Below, piece after piece: positions 51,735-64,000 of a DNA stretch of 64,000 nt. Made by a program: the position numbers and the translations under genes. Numbering within the stretch: position 1 is the first letter of the stretch; the number at the start of each line of letters is the position of its first letter. Location of the stretch: positions 34,410,001 through 34,474,000 of the forward strand of contig NC_043007.1 in NCBI RefSeq assembly GCF_006345805.1. The letters run 5' to 3'. This stretch comes from Octopus sinensis (taxonomy: Eukaryota). Under the pieces are notes generated by a model. It had not been told where the DNA came from and made no database searches. It saw only the letters and a program-made list of their open reading frames with translations.

Positions 51735-52160
51735 TTGATTTCAAATTTGGCACAAGGCCAGAAATTTCTGGGAGAGTCCAACAGGTACTTATTTTATCGA
51801 CCCCAAAAGGATGAAAAGTAAGGCCGACCTCGGCGGAATTTGAACTCAGAATGTAAAGATGGACGAAACGTCGCCATGCATTTTTCCCGGCGTGCTAACG
51901 ACTCTGCCAACTCACTGCCGTCTTTACAGCTTCTAATATTAAGACAACTTATGGTAGTGAGCTGGCAGAATCGTTAAGCACGTCGGCAAAAATACTGCTA
52001 AGCATTTTGTCTGTCTTTACTTTCTGAGTTCAAATTCCACCAAGGGCGACTTTATTCGTCATCCTTTCGGGGTCGATAAAATAAATAGCAGTTGCGTAGT
52101 GATGATTGATGTAATCAACTTACTCTGTACCCCGAAATTAGTAGCCTTGTGTCAAAATTT
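51735..52160. mobile_element. Two diverged SINE family B copies in opposite orientations
   Basis: B-box GAGTTCAAATTCC and CATCCTTTCGGGGTCGATAAA domain. Confidence 0.75.
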
Positions 52161-52362
52161 GAAATCAATATTAAGAAATTTCTTTTTGAAGTCAAACAAC
52201 ATATTACAACATGCACATATACATACATATATAAATACATACATAGAAATATACACAAAAACATCAATTCAAACACACACACACACACACACAAGATTTA
52301 AATCTCCTCTTGAGAAATGGTACTTGTTCAAAGAGAAAGGGATTGGGGCAGTCATATGAGTT

Positions 52363-55300
52363 GAAACAGCGTATAATAGCAGTAGCAGGTAAGCTTTCCA
52401 AACGTCAAAAAGAACAGATCAGTATCATCAGAATAAATTGAGACAGACCAGAGGAGATTTTATAACCAAATAAACAATGGAGAAGAAAGCACTGAAGATG
52501 AGAAACCTAATGCAGAAGAAGCTAGAAAGTTCTGAAGTAATATTTGGGATAAGGCAGTCAATCATAATGGAGATGCAGTATGATTAAAGAAAGTGAGGGA
52601 AGAAATAGGGAGTAAGAAGCAGCCAGGTCTTAGACTAATTAATACATTAATATTAGGGAAAATGCCGAATTGAAAGGGCTCATGACCAGATTTAATACAA
52701 GGGTATCTGTTAAAGAAGTTTAGTAGTTTACATGGGAGGCTGAGAGAACAACTTCAGGATTGTCTTAATGGAGGAATAATACCAGATTAGATGACTAGAG
52801 GGGGAAAATACTCCTTATGAAAGACAAAAGCAAGGATAATACAGCTAGCAATTATTGACCAATCACTTGTTTATAATTAGCGTGGAATGCTTTCAGAAAG
52901 CATTTACGAGCACCTTGACAACCAGAATTTAGTGCCAGAGTAGTAGAAAGGTTGAAGGAAGAGGACTAGAGGAACCCATGATCTACTATACATAGAGAAG
53001 ACAGTTCTAAATGAAGTAAAAGCTAGAAAGAAAAATCTAACAATAGCATGGACAGACTATAAAAAAAAGCTTATGACATGATCCCACACTTATGGATAAG
53101 TGTATGTCTGAATATGTTTACTATAGCAGACAACATAAGAGAATTAATTAGCTTTAGTATGAAGAAATGGAAAGTAGATCACTACTCAAGTGACACAGTG
53201 TTGGGTAAAGTTAATATCAAGAGAGGAATTTTGCAAGGAGACTCGTTATTCCCTTTGATATTTGTCATGTGTTTGATCCCACTCAGTTTAGTATTAAGGA
53301 AGGTAAAGGCAGGGCATCAATTCAGAAATAGTAAGGAAAAAATTAACCATTTGCTCTATATGGATGATCTGAAGCTTTTTAGTAAGAATAAGAAAGAAAT
53401 AGATTCCTTAATACAGACTGTAATATTCTTCAGCAAATATATTGGCATGGAATTTGGCATAGACAAATGTGCAATATTAGCCATGAAAATGGGACAGGTA
53501 ATCAACACTGAAGGTATCCAGTTACCAGCTGGCCAGACATTAAAATCATTGAAAGGAGGAGAGAGTTATGTTTGTTCCTTCTCGAGCCATGCCTGGCTCA
53601 TAAGGGCCGGTTTCCCAGTTTCCTTGGCGTATAGGTTCCCCACCTGGACGGGACGCCGGTCCGTCGCAGGTAAGCTGCAAGATGCAGGAGGAAAGAGTGA
53701 AAGTTGTGGCGAAGAAGCCAGCAGAAGTTCGCCATTACTTTCTGCCGGAGCCGCGTGGTGCTTAGGTGTTTCGCTCATAAACACACACATCGCCCGGTCT
53801 GAGATTCGAACCCGCGATCCCTCAACCGCGAGTCCGTTGCTTTAACCACTAGGCCATGTGCATCCACACTAAATAAATGCGCCCTTTTAAAGCCTAGCCA
53901 GGCTCATGGGCCCGGTTTTCCGGTTTCAATGGCGTATGTGTTCCCCAGCGTTACTCATTTTTGCCAGCTGAGTGGACTGGAGCAGTGTGAAATGAAGTGT
54001 TTTGCTCAAGAACACAACGCATCGCCCGGTCCAGGAATCGAAACCACAATCTTACGATCATGATGTTGACACCTTAAACACTAAGCCACGCGCCTCCACG
54101 GAGAGAGTTATAAGTATCTAGGAGTATTAATAGCTGACAGAAATGAAAACAAGAACCGAGAAGGAGTACATCAGAAGGGTAAGGAATCTAATGAAGTCAA
54201 AGCTAAATGGTCCGAATCGAGTGAAGACTGTAAATACTTGGGCAGTATCATTACTTAGATACTCAGCAGCTTTTGTAGATTGGACAAAAACTGAATGAGC
54301 AAAGCTAGACAGAACTAGGAAGGAATTCAATATGAATGGAGGACTCCACCCAAGGGTAGGAGTAGCAAGATTATACATACCTAGAAAGGAAGGTGAAGTT
54401 AGCTAGAGTAGCTAACTCTTATATCTAGGAGTTAATAGTGAAGAAAGTTTATCAAAGGCTGCTAGAGTCACGGGAAGACATAAGGAAACAAAAAAGCCAA
54501 ACGAAATTAAAAACCAGTAAAAAACCCCAAAAGTTATCCGAGTGGTAGGAGAAGGCGTTGCATGATAGATTCCCAAAGGTAGTTGCCGCAAATAGTAGTA
54601 GTGAGACCTGGTTATGGTTGTAGAAAGGAAAGCTGAAAAGGGAGACAGAAAGTTTGATAGTTGCAGCATAATATCAAACATTAAGAAATAATTGGATAAA
54701 AGCCAAGATAGACAAAAACCAAATACATTTCCAATGTAGGTTATGCAAATCAAAAGAGGAGAGCGTTACTCGTATAGTAAGTGAATGTGGCATGCTGGCA
54801 CAGAAAGAAAAACAAGAAAAGACATGACAACCTATGGAGAGTAATCCACTGGGAGTTATGTATGTAGAAAGCTAGGATTTGACCACATTGATAAATGGTA
54901 TGAACATGAACCTAGTAAAGTACTAGAAAATGAGAAATATAAGAGGATGTAGGAATTTAACATTCAGACTATCAGAGTAATAGAAGCCAGAAGATTTGAT
55001 TTAGTAGTAGCAGAGAATAGAAAGTGCCAGATAATTGGCTTTACAATCCCAAATGATGAAAATAATCAATATGAGAGGTATAGAAAAAATAGCAAAGTAC
55101 CAGAACCTAGCAATTGAATTACGGAGACTATGGTTAGTGCGTGTAAAAGGTATCCCAGTAGTTATAGGTGCATTATGAACTGTCCCTAAACATTTGAACA
55201 GTTGGATAGAAGAAATAGGCATAAAGCCCAATTTAGTACAGCTCCAGAAAACAGTGTTATTAGGGAGAGCTAGGATACTTAGGAGGGTTCTTGGCATCTA

Positions 55301-55387
55301 AGGTTACTTGTTGTAGCCCGATGTTTGGAATTTTTCTTTTCCAACAGTGTAATTTGTTGTGTGCATATGAATAATAATAGTAATAAA
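52363..55387 (+). mobile_element. R4/Dong-clade non-LTR retrotransposon, 5'-truncated and disrupted, ending in (AAT)n
   Basis: RGILQGDSL.PLIF, NHLLYMDDLKLF, GMEFGIDKCA, KYLG, CCHC-like/IHWEL/KWYEHEP region and REL end ...RILRRVLGI* at 55300. Confidence 0.88.
53570..54099 (-). mobile_element. Heterodimer of two tRNA-derived SINEs within a single 12-bp TSD
   Basis: TSD GGAGAGAGTTAT at 53558-53569 and 54100-54111; splits the ESY|KYLG reading of the Dong RT. Confidence 0.85.
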
Positions 55388-55587
55388 TTGGTTTTGAGGT
55401 TGGTACTTGGATGTTGAATATCTCTCACGGTACTGAACATCTATCTAGAGGCCAAGTTTTAGAATTCGCGGAAAGAGATTCTGAGAGACCCTGTGAGACA
55501 TTTGACAACCGGTTACTCTCTGCTCTCAGAGAATCAATTGGAGCAAGCAAGATCGAGAGCTTTGAAAAGTAAAATATAATAATGCTG

Positions 55588-55700
<113 letters not shown>

Positions 55701-55715
55701 GTAATACTGCCCTGA

Positions 55716-56252
55716 TGCAGTACCAGGCAGTGGCTCTCATGGCTTCTGATCTTAACTGATTGCAAGTGTTATCATGTACATTGTTTTGTCTTGGTATAAA
55801 AGATGGGCTACAGCAAATATTCTGCTCAATACCACAGATTTGCTTGTCAGTTGTTTGACCTTAACCAGTTGAGCATGTCCCTTAGTGGCTGACGATATGT
55901 GCATCTCTGATCATGAGCAGAAGTAGTGGGGGAGCATCATAGCCATGTGTTGAGAGGGATTCTTTGGGGTTTGAATAATTCACCTCTGGAAACATGGGTG
56001 GTTCTTTCAACATCCTTAAACAACCCTTATTCAGGGACCTTTTGAGCGGGATGGGCTACTCAACCTGAAGAAAATTCTAACTGGGCCCCACCTGCAAGGT
56101 CATGTGCTGTTTATCTTGATATGAGATCACCATGTCGCGCACATATGGTTGTGATGCATGTGCCTGGTGTACCCTTATCAGACGGGTAGTCATGATGGGT
56201 ATATTGGGCTTCGTATATTTTACCCCAGTGTCACTTTGATGGCATGCACTGC
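55716..56252. repeat. ~540-bp interspersed repeat embedded in (AAT)n
   Basis: Flanked by (AAT)n on both sides; second partial copy at 28480-28660. Confidence 0.65.
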
Positions 56253-57047
56253 TCTCTCACTCAATAATAATAATAATAATAATAATAATGATAATAATAA
56301 TAATATTAATAATAACAATAATAATAATCAACTTTGGTATTGGGTATTTAACCTCTTCCGAATTTGAATTAAAAGCAGCAAGAATACTTAAAAATTTTTG
56401 CAACTTCTTTAACTTTTACATTTTTTCGACAGTAAAGCTTTCTTCATATTGATTTTGATATAAGATGCCATTCTTCTGAGTAATAGTTCTTCTATTGATC
56501 AAATCCTTTCATTCCAAACAGAATCCAAGAAACATGAAGTGATTGCCAGTTTTCTCACATTAAGTCCATTCTCTAAAAATAAAAAAAATTCTTTTATATA
56601 ATGAACCAAATTAATTTTTCGTTTAGAAGTTAAATTAGAATTTACGAACTGTAAAAATTATATTTATTTTCATTGAAACGACATAAGAATACGTACCGCT
56701 ATTAAAATAGAACGTCTGCAAAACGTTGTCGGAAGTGAGGAGAAGTAATACATTGAAGACAAAAAGTAAAAGTCGAAATCCAAGAAATTTTCAGGAAAAA
56801 ATTTGAGAAAAGATCAAATCTTAGATCCTATATGATCTGGTGAAGTTTTAGACAAGACAGATCAATGAAAATAAATACTTGGTACTAAGACTCCAAAAGA
56901 TAAGTAGAAGTTTTTACTTAACAAATTTTCACGTAATAAATATTATTGATGGTATAAATTTTGAATTTTTGATTTTACGGTCACGCTTCTGGCCTAATGT
57001 CCCGCAGAGTGACTTTGGGCTGGTTTGTATATACATATGTATATATA

Positions 57048-57111
<64 letters not shown>

Positions 57112-57140
57112 ATATATATATATTTATATACACGCACACA

Positions 57141-57390
57141 CCAGCCCAAAGTCACTCTGCGGGCTGTGGGACATTCAATATGTAACCGCGTGTGTATCGT
57201 TGGTGAATTTTGCCCTCCATCTTCCCTTCCTTGGATCTTTCCTTTTTCTATGTTTCTGACGAAGAGATCTGCTCGAAACGTTAGATCCTCCTTCTTTCTT
57301 TCTTTTCCTGAGCGTCCAATAACACTATACTTGTTCCACGTCCTCGCGTTTTGTGTTTTCTCTTTGTGTTTTCATGTTTGGATTAATTTT
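57141..57390 (+). mobile_element. Penelope pseudo-LTR-like module with intact-core hammerhead
   Basis: Homologous to 5340-5540. Confidence 0.65.
57252..57286 (+). ncRNA. Minimal type I hammerhead ribozyme
   Basis: GUUU-CUGACGA-A-GAG AUCUG CUC-GAAAC-GUU|AGAU; palindromic AACGUU stem III. Confidence 0.62.
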
Positions 57391-57583
57391 ATATTTTAGT
57401 CATCGTAATTGTTATAATGTCTTGTTGTTGAGATAGGCTCTCTTTCTTTCCTGATGAGAAGATTGCATTTTACACCGTTTATTCCTTTGGAATAAAACCA
57501 ATGTTGTCTTCGAAACATATGTCGAAAGTAAAAGAATTTTAATAACATCTGCGTTCAACTCCATATATTTAATTACTTATATA

Positions 57584-57677
<94 letters not shown>

Positions 57678-58766
57678 TGTATGTATGTATGTATGTATGT
57701 ATGTTTGTATGTGTGTGTGTTTGTGTGTATTTGTTTTAGAATGGTTAAACAGTGCAATTTATGAAACAGAACAGATTGGTGTTATTTTCTCCAACGGTTT
57801 CCTGAGGAAAGGGTCATAACCCCAAAATATTGGAATTTCAAAAAATAACATCAATCTATTTTCTATTTTATAAATTGTATTGTTTTGATTTTATGTTACA
57901 AAAATTGTATGTATTTTTTTATTACCCAGTTGTTTTGGCCATGCTGGAGTACCACTAGTTTGTGCGTGTGTATATACACACACACACACAGACTTACACA
58001 CACACATACACACACACACACACACACATAACAAATGAACCGTGAAGGAATCTGTATGCCCATTAAAATTATATATACATCGTTACACTTGGTTCTGTAA
58101 TAACTTGTAATAATAATAATACATCTTATTATGAATGGTAATAATTACAATACAAAGTACGAATAATTGCCGCAAAATCATCTCCGTACATTTCTATACC
58201 AGCTGACACATTTAGAGCTGGCAAAATGCCAGCCAACATGATAAAGCTGATACTAATTCTGGCAAATTAGGTAAAATGTGTCAGGAAAATTATGAAATTA
58301 AGCTTTGTTTTGGTTTGGAATGTCTCCAGGTTTGATGTCTTTTGAAAATGTAAGCCAAATCAGTGATTTGGAGTTGAATTCAAGAATTACTAAAAGCAGG
58401 CAGTCTTTATTAGTGGCATTTCATGAAAAAAATGTTACGAATTAGAGTCTACATTATAATAAGGACACAATATAATTAAAGCTTACTAATTGCATGATTA
58501 AATGTTTGAAGAATCTACGAGAAAATTTTATAAAATATATGAGAATGAAAATAATCTAGATGACACGAAACTGTATGAATCTAAACAAACTCCACGTGAC
58601 TAAGAGGTTAATTATTCAGGCTATTGTATTCATCTTTAGAGATGAAATGATTTACCAATAATGACTTCAATATGTAGATGTATATCCTAAAAATAAAAAT
58701 CTTTAATCTCTTAAATGGATGTTAAGAATTCTAGTTATAATAATTATAAAGGCTTATATAATATGA

Positions 58767-59164
58767 CTAGTAGTATCACCCGGCGTTGCTCGGGTTTGTA
58801 AGGGAAATAACTATATAAGCATTTTTAGAGAGTTATAGCCAAAAAATAGCAAAAAAATGCATTAAAAATGGAAAAAAAAATGATGGTAAAATTTTTTTTT
58901 AATCGTTGACTCATCGTAGACATTTTTAGAGAGTTACTTCCCTTATATAACAGCGAAAAAATGCATTAAAATGGAAAAAAATGATGGTAATTTTTTTTTT
59001 AATCGTAGACTCATCGTAGACCCGCGCAAATACCCAGAAGGGCTGGATATGAATCACGACTATAAGATACCCGCTTTTGGTTACACTGCACCGCAAAATG
59101 TGGGAGTAGTTAGGAATCTAAATTGTAGGAGACAGACACACAACTTCACTTTTATATATAAAGA
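58767..59164 (-). mobile_element. Non-autonomous Helitron (same family as 14508-15021)
   Basis: Minus-strand A|TC start, 3' CCCGAGCAACGCCGGG hairpin, CTAG|T end. Confidence 0.8.
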
Positions 59165-59470
59165 TATACAAATAACCCCGTCATAGACGGTCCCAGGCCT
59201 TGTAGGAAAAGGAAGAGGGTAGCAAGCGTTGGGTTAGTATCCCTACGCAATCAATTTTCTACTGAAACGCCAACAAGACATTATATGAAACCGATTCCTA
59301 GTAAAGAAAAGTAATCATTAGCGGCTACGTAAGAAGCAACGTAGTGAACCTTTGACAGGCGGTTACACATGGGGACAACTTCATTCCATTACCAAAGATC
59401 GAGACAGATGGAAATCTTTCGTTGGCGTTCTATGCTCCGTATGGAGTCAAAGAAATTAATGATAATGATT

Positions 59471-59517
<47 letters not shown>

Positions 59518-59599
59518 ATATATATATAATAATAATTAGAAAAAAAACAACATTTAACTATAAACACGAGTGTTGTAACTTCCCCGAATCCGACTATGT

Positions 59600-60005
59600 A
59601 CTATATTCTTTTCTACTCTAAGCACAGGGCCCGAAATTTCGTGGGAGGAGGCCATTCAATTAGATCGATCCCAGTACACAACTGGTACTTAATTTATCGA
59701 CCCTGAAAGGATGAAAGTCAAAGCCGACCTCGGCGGAATTTGAACTCAGAACGTAAAGACAGACGAAATACTTATTTCTTTACTACCCACAAGGGGCTAC
59801 ACACAGAGGGGATAAACAAGGACAGACAAACGGATTAAGTCGATTACATCGACCCAAGTGCGTAACTGGTACTTAATTTATCGACCTCGAAAAGATGAAA
59901 GGCAAAGTCGACCTCGGCGGAATTTGAACTCAGAACGTAACGGCAGACGAAATACTGCTAAGCATTTCCCCCGGCGTGCTAACGTTTCTGCCAGCTCGTC
60001 GCCTT
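59600..60005 (-). mobile_element. SINE family B, 2-unit array
   Basis: Head, two units and tail on the minus strand. Confidence 0.85.
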
Positions 60006-60768
60006 AGACTATGTACTATATTGGACTTGTGAAAGCGTCACAAACTTACGCCGACTGACAATTAATATACGATAAGGAACAACTGATCTCTCGCAGTGTC
60101 TCAGTTTAAGCTATGGCGTCGATTTGAGAGAGCTGTCAGAATGCCAAATAGAATACCTTCAGATATGATTTTCTGTACGCCTGGAACGCACTTTGCTTTT
60201 TATCCCTTCGTTTCGTTAAATAAAGTACCACCCAGGTCAGTGGATTGGTGGACAGTCAGAGCGTCGAAGAGACATGCCTCGAGGTCCCTTTCTTGGCTCC
60301 GTGCATTCTCAGTTCAAATTCCACCAAGACTCGCTGGATATAAATGGGTAATATGGGATCAAAAGTGACGGACTCATTTGTAGCTGTTTCATTAAAAGGT
60401 GGTCCAAACCTTTCTGTTTTAAACATCCCAAAAAAGAAATTGCTTTTTTTATATACATACATATATACATACTTACATACATACACAGAAACTGCGATAA
60501 ATTTATCAAGTTGAAACATCAACAGATTTTCTGGAGCCTTACTACCACTGATTTTCAGTAAAAAATTAATTTCTCACCTTTTTATAGGAAATCACAGAGT
60601 TGCACTATTCTGAATTTTGGCTTTTTCCATTCAATATATCAATTCTCCTCACATACATACATTCATCTATACATACATACACACAAATACACACAGACAT
60701 ACATACGCATACACATACAAACATCAATATATGTAGCATTTTATTGATGATGCAAATACTTCACAAAT

Positions 60769-60805
60769 TGTTACTCAGAGTTTCACGTAATCGATCATCA
60801 GACAG
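60769..60805 (-). ncRNA. Type I hammerhead ribozyme
   Basis: CUGU-CUGAUGA-U CG AUUA CG U-GAAA-CUCUGAG-UA|ACAA. Confidence 0.68.
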
Positions 60806-60856
60806 CCTTGAAGATTTAGAACAACGGCAACCATTGCATTTTTCTAAATATTCACG

Positions 60857-60897
60857 ACTGTCTGACGAACGCTTACGTGAAACGCCTAAGTAACAGT
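60857..60897 (+). ncRNA. Type I hammerhead ribozyme (predicted cut 60892|60893)
   Basis: 5-bp stem I ACUGU/ACAGU; CUGACGA; stem II ACG-CUUA-CGU; GAAA; C-G closing stem III; GUA triplet. Confidence 0.8.
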
Positions 60898-60994
60898 TTG
60901 TGAAGTCTTTCGCGCTTTAATAAAACACTACTTTACTCTACTTTGGTTTTCAAGTACTATTTTCTGTAACTTTCTTTACTCTTAAGTACTCACA

Positions 60995-61036
<42 letters not shown>

Positions 61037-61229
61037 ATATATTATATATATATATAATACATACATATATATATACATATATATATGTATATTCATACAA
61101 TACATATAGGCATAACACACATACATACACCTATGTGCATGCATATATTTATACATGTACGCACTTATATATATATACATATATACGTATATATGTATGT
61201 ATATATATATATATATGCATATATATATT

Positions 61230-61277
<48 letters not shown>

Positions 61278-61672
61278 ATACATATATATACATGAAACAG
61301 TCTCTCTTGGTTTGTTTTATCTTATAGTCACCCTTCCCTGTCGACCTGCCCTCCCCCCACAGCTTCCATTAATGTCTCGCTTAGCCATTAATCGTCTGAG
61401 TGACGCTTTGGGAGATGTGACTCGGAATTGTCTAGATGAGTAAGTGCCGTCTTTGGCTGCCAATTTACACAACGGAAATTTCTATCAAAACAGTTAATTT
61501 ACTTAATTAACTTTTCTTCTTCCTTTCTATCTTACTTTTTTTTTGATTCTGTGTTATTTGCGAGTAGACGAGGAAGAGAAAGTGTATGTGTGAGTGTGAT
61601 GGTGCATGTACTTCTGTATATGTATACATCTATCTGTGTGTGCGTATATATGTATATAACTATCTATCTGTA

Positions 61673-61744
<72 letters not shown>

Positions 61745-61882
61745 ATCTATCCTCTCTCTCTATATATATATATATATAACACACACATATACACATGCAT
61801 ATATAAGTGTATGTATATATGTATGTATGTATATATGTATACATATATATGTATGTATATATATATATACATATATATACAC

Positions 61883-61927
<45 letters not shown>

Positions 61928-62003
61928 CGTTTACATACATATACACGTGTTCATGTGTTCATTTCCTTCTTTATATACGTGTGTCTGATGAACACGTACA
62001 CAA

Positions 62004-62064
<61 letters not shown>

Positions 62065-62110
62065 TGTATGTATGTATGCATGTTTGTATGTATGTGTCTA
62101 TGTATGTATA
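60995..62110. repeat. Compound (TA)n/(TATC)n/(TATG)n microsatellite field
   Basis: Direct inspection. Confidence 0.9.
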
Positions 62111-62981
62111 TACATACAGGTGGGTTTGCGGTTGCGCGTGTGTAGTGCATGTGTTTAGATGCACGTACGTATTTGCGAATGTGATTGTGTTCACGGTTGT
62201 GCGTGTGCTTATATATGTAATATTGCATTTGTGTATGTGTGACTGTGTGCGTGTGTGCGTGCGTTTGCTTGCTTGCTTATATGTATGTGTTTGTGTAAGA
62301 ACTAATTTTAACTTACTTTTCCTAATTACTAGGATTTTTTTCCTTCCTCTTTTCCTAATTTTCTGAGTTTATTTGTTATTTTTGATTGTATTTGTTTTTC
62401 TTTCATCTCACTACAAATTCTTAATGATAGCTAACTAGTAATTATTGCAAGTACCCCCATAGCGTAATTAATAACTCACTAACAATCAAGGTTCGATTCC
62501 CAGTCGTGCTCCTATATCATCTGGCTGCCTTTGAACTTAATTACCTAATTCAGGGCCAGGTTTTCTTTCTGCTTTTTTATTCCTTTTGTCTTTTTCTTCC
62601 TGTCTTCCTACCTTTCTCTCGTTCTCTCTTCATTCTTTCTGTCCTTCTTCCTTTCTTTCTTTCTTTCTTTTTTCTTTCTTTCTTTTTTCTTTCTTTCTTT
62701 TTTCTTTCTTTCTTTTTTCTTTCTTTCTTTCTTTCTCTTTCTTTCTTTCTTTCTTTCTTTTTTTCTTTCTTTCCATTTCGAAACTAATCTTATTTCATCG
62801 TCCCTGAACTAGTAAAGAAATTTGGCTATTTCAGAATCGATAAAATAAATACCAGTAATGTGCTGGGGATAATTTTTGCAACGTGTTCATCCACCATTTT
62901 CTTAAGATCCAAAATTATTTTAGGGAAATGTAGCTGCTCATTCTAGCAGAACAAGCTATCATACATAGCATGGTGGTGGTG

Positions 62982-63028
<47 letters not shown>

Positions 63029-64000
63029 CGCAGCAGCAGCAGCAGCAGCAGTAGCAGTAGTAGTAGTAGTAGTAACAGCAGTAGCAGCAGTGACAGTAGT
63101 GGTTGTTATCCTTGCTGTTTAGTTCTCATTGGGTGAAAGTCGTTTCAATCAACACTTCTTTCATACAGACATACGGTATCAAGAACTACGTCTTCTAATT
63201 TGTCCTTTAGACTTTAGGTAGTAGAATATGATATAAAGGAGATCCAGCTGCTATCTCTAGCAGGTCGTGAGACAACATAGACGCCCGCATTGACTTGTCT
63301 CTAGGTACTTTTGTTGTGGCTGACATTGTGGTGATGGTGACAATGATGATGATGATGATGGCGGCGGTGGCGCTGGCGACGGCGGTGGCAGCAGCGGTGG
63401 TGATAATGAGGATGATGGTGTTGGTAGTTATTGTTAGCTCCCAAAAGTTAGCCCCAATCGAGCAAACTTACATCAGTGTCATTCGAGCCATCCTGTCCCA
63501 TCTTTTCATCTCCAGGAAACGTGCATCTAGGACTACTTTATCTAATGTGTCCTTTTCTAGATTTTTAGAGACGATTTGGTTGTGGTTCGAAGAATATTTA
63601 ACGCTTATATCTAGTGGGTCGAGTAACTATACTGAAGCTCTTTTGTTTGAACAACCAGATCGCCAAACATATTCCAAGATCATCTTGTCTATTTACGCGA
63701 AATTTAACACTGGATTATCCAACGTGTCCGTTTTAAAGATAATTTGGTTGTAGTTTGAAGAAGATTTTAGCTACTACATCTAGTAGGTCGAGTAACTATA
63801 TCGAAGCTCCTTCGTTTTGATCAAGCAGATTTATTACCAAAAATAAACCAGCGGTAACTCTATCGACAATTTATCCAGAATTACGTTATCCTGCATGTAG
63901 ATTGTTAGATTGTAATTCGAAAGATATTAAAATACCTCAGAGAATAAGAAAATTTATTTTATCTATTGATAGGCGTAGGAGTGGCAGTGTGGTAAGTAGC

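Noticed and set aside
57798-57835. CTGAGGA-GGGT/ACCC-AAAA hammerhead-like motif
   Set aside because: The G of GAAA is missing and there are extra bases at both ends of stem II; plausible relic but not supportable.
63295-63753. 152-aa ORF
   Set aside because: The N-terminal half is trinucleotide repeat; the rest has no recognisable domain or splice support.

Overview
Repeat-dominated, AT-rich eukaryotic DNA. The SINE families and dense (TA)n/(TACA)n/(AAT)n microsatellites resemble an Octopus (cephalopod) genome; this is recognised from memory, not by database search. There is no intact host gene, only one candidate exon (49447-49616, +). Contents: decayed RTE LINE (~6.6-10.6 kb), RTE 3' fragments, L1/Tx1-type ORF1 relic, two R4/Dong LINE remnants, two Penelope-like (GIY-YIG) remnants, a mariner relic, a MITE, non-autonomous Helitrons and >30 tRNA-derived SINE copies, some in tandem arrays. 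The most striking unannotated signal is a set of about 15 type I hammerhead ribozyme motifs (CUGAnGA...GAAA...UH with paired stems I-III) from about 5-6 unrelated repeat families. They include a 556-561 bp tandem array with one hammerhead per unit that folds back on itself (23.65-26.33 kb) and two head-to-head hammerhead pairs (37.8-38.1 kb, duplicated at 39.1-39.35 kb; and 60.77-60.90 kb). This looks like a Penelope-associated retrozyme/circRNA system that often sits in (TA)n microsatellites. Some near-identical duplications could be assembly or amplification artefacts and need read-level checks. All folds were paired by hand; no activity is shown.
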